A stretch of DNA of 64,000 nucleotides from Paraspadella gotoi (taxonomy: Eukaryota; Animalia; Chaetognatha), in NCBI GenBank assembly GCA_051294375.1, contig CM119263.1, forward strand, positions 20,550,115-20,614,114. Direction: 5' to 3'. The position numbers were made by a program, and so were the translations under genes. Shown one piece after another: positions 57,201 through 64,000 of the stretch. Positions within the stretch are counted from its first letter, which is position 1. Each line of letters begins with the position of its first letter. The notes under the pieces are model-generated. The model was not told the DNA's origin. It saw only the letters and a list, made by a program, of their open reading frames with translations, and did no database searches.

Positions 57201-60200
57201 CGTTTCTGAGGAGGCGGCGCTTCTTCTTCCTCCTCTTCTTCCGAATCGGATTCGACTGAGAAGAAAGAGGCATTGGACACAAACATGCAAACAAACAAAC
57301 AAATAAGTTAAGCCATTAAATTCATTCGACCATTCCCTACCGGGCGGTTTGACTCTGCTCCGCCTTCCGACAGACGCCGGTGGAGTCTTGGGCGGCGGAG
57401 ATGGCGCCTTTCGGGAATTTTTCACGACGACCTCTTTGCGTTTGGGAGGGGGCGAAGGGGCTCGCTTCTTTGGTGCCGGGGACGGAGCTCTCTTCTTAAC
57501 CGGTGGAACCGAAGCCGTTTTTTTCTTGACCGGTTGTTCCCGGGATCTTTTCTTGGGCGTTTCCTCTTCTTCCTCAGATTCTTCTTCCTCCTGCTCCTCT
57601 TCATCTTCCTCCTCCTCTTCTTCTTCCGACTCTTCCTTCGCCCTTCTTCTCGACTGAGCCGACGCTCTTCTCGGCGGAGTAGGCGAGGGCGTCGCCGCCG
57701 GCCGCTTTGCGACCGACGACCTTTGTGGCGTCGTTTCGCTTTTTGACGGCGGCGTGGTAAAAGACTGTTGCCGGGCGATGGCGGCGCCGCGAGACGAAGG
57801 CGGAGTGGCGTTGTTTAGTTTTTTCTCCAAAACGTCAGCTGGTTTGGTGGAGTTTCTTCCCGGGGGAGATTTGAGGGAATCCTCTCTTTTCATAGACGCC
57901 GAGGGATCGGGCTTTTTGTACACAGCCTCGCTGATGGTGATCACCTGCTCGGCAGCTGCAGGGAAAGAAGGTTGGTGCGCAATTGGAAGGTAAATGTAGT
58001 CAATAGAGCGTAGTGAAAGTTACATACGAAAATTCTAAATGTCAATTATGAACAACATACTATCAGTGAACATTAATTTGTAAAAAAAATTAATTTTATA
58101 TTAGGGGTAGTCAAAAATTTAGAGCGAGTAAATGCTCAAAAGAAAATTTTTAAATTATTAAGTATACTTTCAATGGACAAAAAAATTTTTATATGGCTCT
58201 ATATAGATTATGGCGTAGTGAAAGTTACGTACGAAAATTCTAAAGGTCAATTATGAACAACATACCATCAGTAAACATTAATTTGTAAAAAAAATTAATT
58301 TTATGTTTTTTAATTTTTGCAGTAGGCTATATTTATATATAGTACTATCCTTATAAAATTTTCTTAATTTTGATTGCAGATTTGAATTCCTCGTCAAAAG
58401 TTGATAAAAGAAAATATAAATTATTTTTAAAAATTCTTTCATTAAGTGGGTTAAAAATTACAAAAACTATATTTAATATATAAAAAGTTAATTTTCAGCT
58501 TAAAATATAGTTTTTTCTCATTTTTGACCCACTTAATGAAGGAATTTTTTAAAAAGAGTTATATTTCTTTTTAACAACCTTTTATGACGAATCCAAATCT
58601 GCAAAAAAATCTTAAAAAAAACTGTTTTGAAATTTTAACATTTATTGGATTAGTACTAGTATAAATATGGCCTACTGCGTAAATTGTAAAATTTATTATA
58701 AATTTTTTTTATACATAAATGTTCATTAGTATAATGTTGTTCGTTCCTCACTTTTAGAATTTTAATTAAAGTTAAATTTAGAAATTTTACTACGCCTTAA
58801 TATAGATACCTGAGAGCCAATATTAGTTTATTTTTTTATATATTTTTATCGGGGTCCCTGGAGGATGATATCAATATTCACTTGCAAAAAACCGTTTTTA
58901 AATTCCTACAATGGCTTCCGAGATATGGTCATAAACGTCAGCCTTGAAAGGCAAAATTTGTCAGAATAAAATTTTCGAGTTTCTTTTTAGATTTCTGTAG
59001 TAGTACAAACTATTTAAAAAAAAGAGAAAACGTTTTGCTGATTTCTTCCAGCATAATCCATAAATGTGTAAGACGATGGGTACACCTGAAACTTGAAAGT
59101 GATATGTCTCTAGAGGACGGAAAATTTTTCTTTAGGTTTTATTTTAAAATTTAGGTATTGTACCAATAAGATAAATTGAGATACTCCCGCTTTGCCGAAA
59201 TTTTTATTTAACAAAGATTTGTACTGCGTAGTTCAAATCCTTGGTACAATTATTTTTTTATTTTTTTCATGAAATTTTGCGTAATCAGAGAAACGTTTAG
59301 CGTGTCAAAAAAATATGGAAAAAAAAGAGAAAAGCGTTCTGACAATTTTAAAAATTTATGGAGGAATCTACTCTATACCCTAGTAATTAATTTTTTAATA
59401 TTTATTTATCGATAGGCAACGACCAAACCAGCCCGAGCGCGAGTCTCGTGTCTCGTCAGCCACGCATTTATCCTCCTCTTCCTCCTCCCAGCACCCAGGG
59501 CTCGAGGCTCACCCAGTTTTCACTTCCTCGTTTTCTGCTCTCTCTCCTCTACTTCCTCCTCTCCGATCCTTTCGATTTTTTCCCTCCAGTTTTTCTGACG
59601 TTTTTTTTGCCTTTTAGTAGTACATATACTCTCCTACATTTTTGCCTTCTTCTTTGACGACTCTGTTAGTTAGACCCAAGATACCATCATCCCAGATAGA
59701 GATAGGAAAGGCCTAAATTTTGTTGAAAAATTTTTAATTTTAAGAAAATATTCAGTTAGCTTTTTTTATTTATTTTTATTTTTATTTATTTATTTTTATG
59801 ATAAGTAGGTCAAAAATAAGAAAAACCGCCAAAAATCGTCATCATCATCATCATCATCATCATCTTTTGATGATTTTTACTGAGAAAACGTAAAAATTTT
59901 TAAAAACTAATTATATTTCTTGTTTAATTTTTTATGCTCTATCAGAATCCATCAAAAAATTTTAAGATTTCAAAAATGTTTTTTTTTTATATAGTAATAT
60001 AATAAAAAAAGCTTTTTTGACAAAAAAAATTTTAATACTATAATCTATGCTCATGATAGTTTATTTTAACGCTGTATACATTAGGATTTAAATTTCATCG
60101 GCTATGGCTATTTATATTCTTCAATTTTCGCAGTAGGCTATATTTATATATAGTACTATCCTTATAAAATCGAAAAATTTTAAAATAGTCTTTTCTTAAT

Positions 60201-61276
60201 TTTGATTGCAGATTTGATTTCCTTGTCAAAAGTTGATAAATGAAAATATAAATCATTTTTAGAAATTTTTTTATTATTAAGTGGGTTAAAAATTAAAAAA
60301 AACTACATTTAACATATAAAATTTAAATTTTCAGCTTAAAATATAGGTTTTTTTTATATTTGATCAACTTAATAAAATAATTTTTAAAAAAGAGTTATAT
60401 TTCTTTATATCAACTTTTAATGACGAATCCAAATCTGCAAAAAAAAAATCTTACAAAAACTATTTTGAAATTTTAACATTTATTGGATTAATACTAGTAT
60501 AAATATGGCCTACTGCATAAATTGTAAAATTAATTATAAAATTTTTTATACATAAATGTTCATTAGTATAATGTTATTCTTTCCTCACTTTTAGAATTTT
60601 AATTAAAGTTAAATTTTGAATTTTTACTACGCTTTAGTAGTCAAGTAGTCCGAAAAAGTATTTAGTTAGGATTGTGTTTAAAACTGAGATATTGCTATCT
60701 ATTACCAAGATCTTCGATTTTTACTTACCAGTGCACGTCTTGTGTTTGATATCATTGTTCATGCTACAAGTCCACTTTTCAGGAAGCGGCTTGCCCACGC
60801 TTTGCAAGGAAAAATCCAGAGCGCGCCATTTCAGACAATCGTCACACTGCGGATCGACACAAAAAATAATGCTTAAGGCACATTATAAACAAAGAAGGAA
60901 GTTTTTAAACAATTACATAAAATCCAGCATTCTGAAATTCCCAACCTGAATGGTCGTCTTAACGACCATGGCGCGTTGACGCATTGCCTTCAACTCGGTG
61001 GAAGGGGGCGCCAATATGGACTTGTGCGAGGAATATCCGTACTTTTCCCAAAACTCCTTCACGTTCTTTAACTCATTCTTCTGCGCCTCCTCCCAATAGT
61101 GATCCATATAAGAACCAAGAACCTTTAGCAGATGACGGTATTCTTTGCTATCCGCAAAGTCCTGCTTGTTGTGAGTCGGTTGCAGCACAAGGAAAGGAAC
61201 GTCGACCAGAGCCACGATTCCCAATCCTGTATGAGCAAAATACGGGACCATCATTATGATTATCTTCTGAGCGAGA

Positions 61277-61350
<74 letters not shown>

Positions 61351-63969
61351 AGTCGCTTTTAATATCAATAGCTCACCTTTTAGCCCGCCCTCTTGCTGCG
61401 GACCGACTTTTTCGAACATTTTGATGAGTCGCGAGCTGTTGTAGACGAAGGCTCCGCAATGGGCCCGCTCCTCCAGATTGATGCCGAAAACAAAGTTCAA
61501 CTCTTTAGGATTTTTTAACTCCGCCTGTTTTCGCTTCCAGTTGGCTTCCTTGTACGTAGCTTCCTTTCGAAGATCGTTTGCTGCTTGCTAAAAAAGGTTA
61601 AAAAAATCTTAAAAGCATAAGGATCGTCGCAATTGCATAAGAAAAATCTGGATTGACGACAAATTTTGATACAAAAAAAATCAAATTTGAGAAAAATAAA
61701 GAAAATTAAAAAAAAAAAATACTCCACGAAAAAAATCCACGAAAATCTCGGATGTAAATTTGGGAATAAATGGTGATAATAAAAGTTTTTAGAGGGAAAA
61801 AATTAATCAGAGAGAGAGAGAGAGAGAAAGAAGCCAAATCATTTTCAGCAGCAGAGGCACCCAGAAAAAACGAAAGAAATCAAAAGGCAGCAGCAGAAGC
61901 AGCAGGAGAAAAGAAAGAAAAAGAAAGAGCCCCTGCAGAGCCAGCTGCAGACTCAAAAGGCAGCAGCAGAAGCAGCAAGAAAAAAAAGAGAAAAAGAATA
62001 AGCCCCTGCACAGTAAGGCGTAGTAAAATTTCTAAATTTAACTTTAATTAAATTCTAAAAGTGAGGAACGAACAATATTATACTAATGAAACATTTATGT
62101 ATAAAAAAATTTTACAATTACGCAGTAGGCCATATTTATACTAGTACTAAATCCAATAAATGTTAAAATTTCAAAACAGTTTTTTCTAAGATTTTTTTGG
62201 CAGATTTGGATTCGTCATAAAAAGTTGTTAAAAAAGAAATATAACTCTTTTTAAAAAAATTCTTCATTAAGTGGATCAAAAATGAGAAAAAAACTATATT
62301 TTAAGCTGAAAATTAACTTTTTATATATTAAATATAGTTTTTGTAATTTTTAACCACTTAATGAAAAGAATTTTAAAAAATAATTTATATTTTCTTTTAT
62401 AAACTTTTGACGAGGAATTCAAATCTGCAATCAAAATTAAAAAAAGCCTATTTTGAAATTTTTTCGATTTTATAAGGATAGTACTAATATATAAATATAG
62501 CCTACTGCAAAAAATTAAAAAACATAAAATTAATTTTTTTTACAAATTAATGTTTACCTGATGGTATGTTGTTCATAATTGACCTTTAGAATTTTCGTAC
62601 GTAACTTTCACTACGCCTTACTGCACAAGCCAGCTGCAGAAATTACGTTTGTTTCTTTCCCCTATGATTATGAATCAGTGACTAGGGGAAAGAGAGAGGG
62701 AGAGAGACATGTAATTAAAAGATAAAAGAGAGTGAGAAAGAAATATGAAAATAAAAGAGAAAATTTGTTTGTTTTTGATAAAAGTGTTACAATATCGTTG
62801 CAAACGCTAAGCGATTGCGACGATAATAATAATAATAATAATCTTTAAAGCAATAGATTGAAAGAATCATTACAGCGACACTCCCTCCTGTAATATATAA
62901 TTTGGAACGCCGACGACGACAACGACGACGCCACTTATGCGCAAAAGTGTTACAATATCGTCGCAAACGCTTAGCGATTGCGACGATAAAAAATTTTAAT
63001 GTTTCAATTTCAATATTTTCTTACAATAAGCATTAGTTATCTCTCCTATAATACAGATGAAAATTCAATCTTAAAACTGACCTGCATGGTCCGAACTTTG
63101 ACCTTGTCTTCTTTTTTGATCGATTGACCGATGCGCTTTTCAAGGTCGCGCGCTTTCGACTCGGCCTCGCTGGCCTAAACAATAATAACGAAGCGAAGAC
63201 AGTAAGAGAAGATTAAAAAACCGAACGGAAAGATGGCGCACTTTTTAACTCTACTCACCTTTGCGTTAGCGGCTCTTTTCTCTTCCTCCGCCTTTCGAAC
63301 ATCGTCTTCGCTCCTCTTCTTAAATCTCGCCGAGGAATATTTGTAAGACTTCAGCCGATAGAGGGTGTCGAAAAGTCGTTTCGTTCTAACCTAAATGTAA
63401 ATCAGGATTACGATAATTATCATTAATATTCAACGACAAGATTACACTTCAAACCTTTTTATTGTTGATGTAAACTTGCATGACTGGGTCAAGGTACAAA
63501 ATCGACGTGTACGCTCTAAAGCTTTTCCGTTCCGGAGCAAGGTCTTCGTCCGGGTCCATGTCCGTGACGTCCGGCTTTGTTAAGATGATGTCGTGAGAAT
63601 CCGACGTAACGTCTGCGTGACATCAGCGGTAAAAAGTTGTCAAATTCACAAGATAACAAGTCTTGTAAATATTCTCACCGAGTTCAGGGTCGCCGTTGTC
63701 AAGCAATTTGACGTTATATATGCATACGAGCGTGCCGTGAGTACCTTTGATGAGATCAAACTGCTTCAGCAACTCCTCTTCGTTATGAAAGGGGGAATAC
63801 TTCAAAATAATTGACATTTCCATTTGGTGTTTGTCTGATAACAAAAAAAGGATGCACGCTCACGGAGGAAAACTAAAATCATTGTTGCAATCTCATTCCT
63901 ACCGATATCATATTTTCCCCGAGCGATAGACTTTTTGTTTTCATCGAAGGAAGGCATAGGAACAATTAC
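53840..63969 (-). CDS. MORC2: MORC family CW-type zinc finger protein 2-like; 5' end (most of the GHKL ATPase) lies beyond the window
   Basis: KYSPFHNEEELLKQF and TKRLFDTLYRLKSYKYSSARFKKR. LNFVFGINLE...SRLIKMFEKVGPQ and PTHNKQDFADSKEYRHLL. CW finger IQCDDCLKWR...WTC. Chromo-like KWFRGTV...VKFDGYP. C-terminal LLYFVPPGFTIS. Stop at 53840. Confidence 0.93.
54127..54166 (-). ncRNA. Minimal type I hammerhead ribozyme motif (sense to MORC2 pre-mRNA)
   Basis: The minus strand reads GAUG-CUGAUGA-A-GGCUU(GAGUUGU)GAGCC-GAAA-CAUG-UC-C, with a palindromic helix III (ACAUGU). Confidence 0.72.
54885..54924 (+). ncRNA. Minimal type I hammerhead ribozyme motif (second, inverted copy)
   Basis: gatgCTGATGAaggcttgagttgtgagccGAAAcatgTCc, identical to the minus-strand copy. 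Confidence 0.72.
58004..60636. mobile_element. Non-autonomous hAT-type DNA transposon (2.6 kb) in a MORC2 intron
   Basis: TIRs TAGAGCGTAGT...ACTACGCTTTA and a perfect 8-bp TSD GTAGTCAA (57996-58003 and 60637-60644). No transposase ORF. Confidence 0.85.
58209..58799. mobile_element. hAT MITE (deletion derivative) nested in its own parent family element
   Basis: TATGGCGTAGT...ACTACGCCTTA with a perfect 8-bp TSD ATATAGAT (58201-58208 and 58800-58807). Confidence 0.88.
61601..62987 (-). mobile_element. HINE-like family B copy in a MORC2 intron, with a duplicated end and captured flank, interrupted by a hAT MITE
   Basis: Homologous to 50285-50955. Two copies of the terminal hairpin (about 62793-62824 and 62956-62987). 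Confidence 0.75.
62014..62620. mobile_element. hAT MITE (opposite orientation to 58209-58799) inserted in HINE-B
   Basis: TAAGGCGTAGT...ACTACGCCTTA with an 8-bp TSD CTGCACAG/CTGCACAA. Confidence 0.85.
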
Positions 63970-64000
63970 CTACAATTATCGAAAATCCGATCATTAATAG

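Overview
Eukaryotic (animal, probably protostome) genomic DNA with GC-rich exons, short AT-rich introns and many (CT/GA)n microsatellites. Seven spliced genes were reconstructed by hand: (1) an unusually short classical-type cadherin (+, 9267-12227); (2) a divergent two-exon class A GPCR (-, 15035-18675); (3) a bacterial tyrosine-decarboxylase-like group II PLP enzyme that appears to lack the PLP lysine (+, 19651-27589); (4) a group III secreted phospholipase A2 with a mucin stalk and GPI-like tail (+, 32361-39471); and a compact same-strand trio on the minus strand, (5) the clock gene period, (6) TBL1X/ebi and (7) MORC2 (5' end outside the window). Introns contain two DINE-1/Helentron-type (HINE) families, nested hAT elements with 8-bp TSDs, a solo LTR, hairpin-ended elements with a tRNA-like core, and a Penelope-like inverted-repeat element carrying two minimal hammerhead ribozyme motifs. 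The per upstream region has a paired E'-box and D-box motifs. All homology calls come from motif recognition by eye, not database searches.
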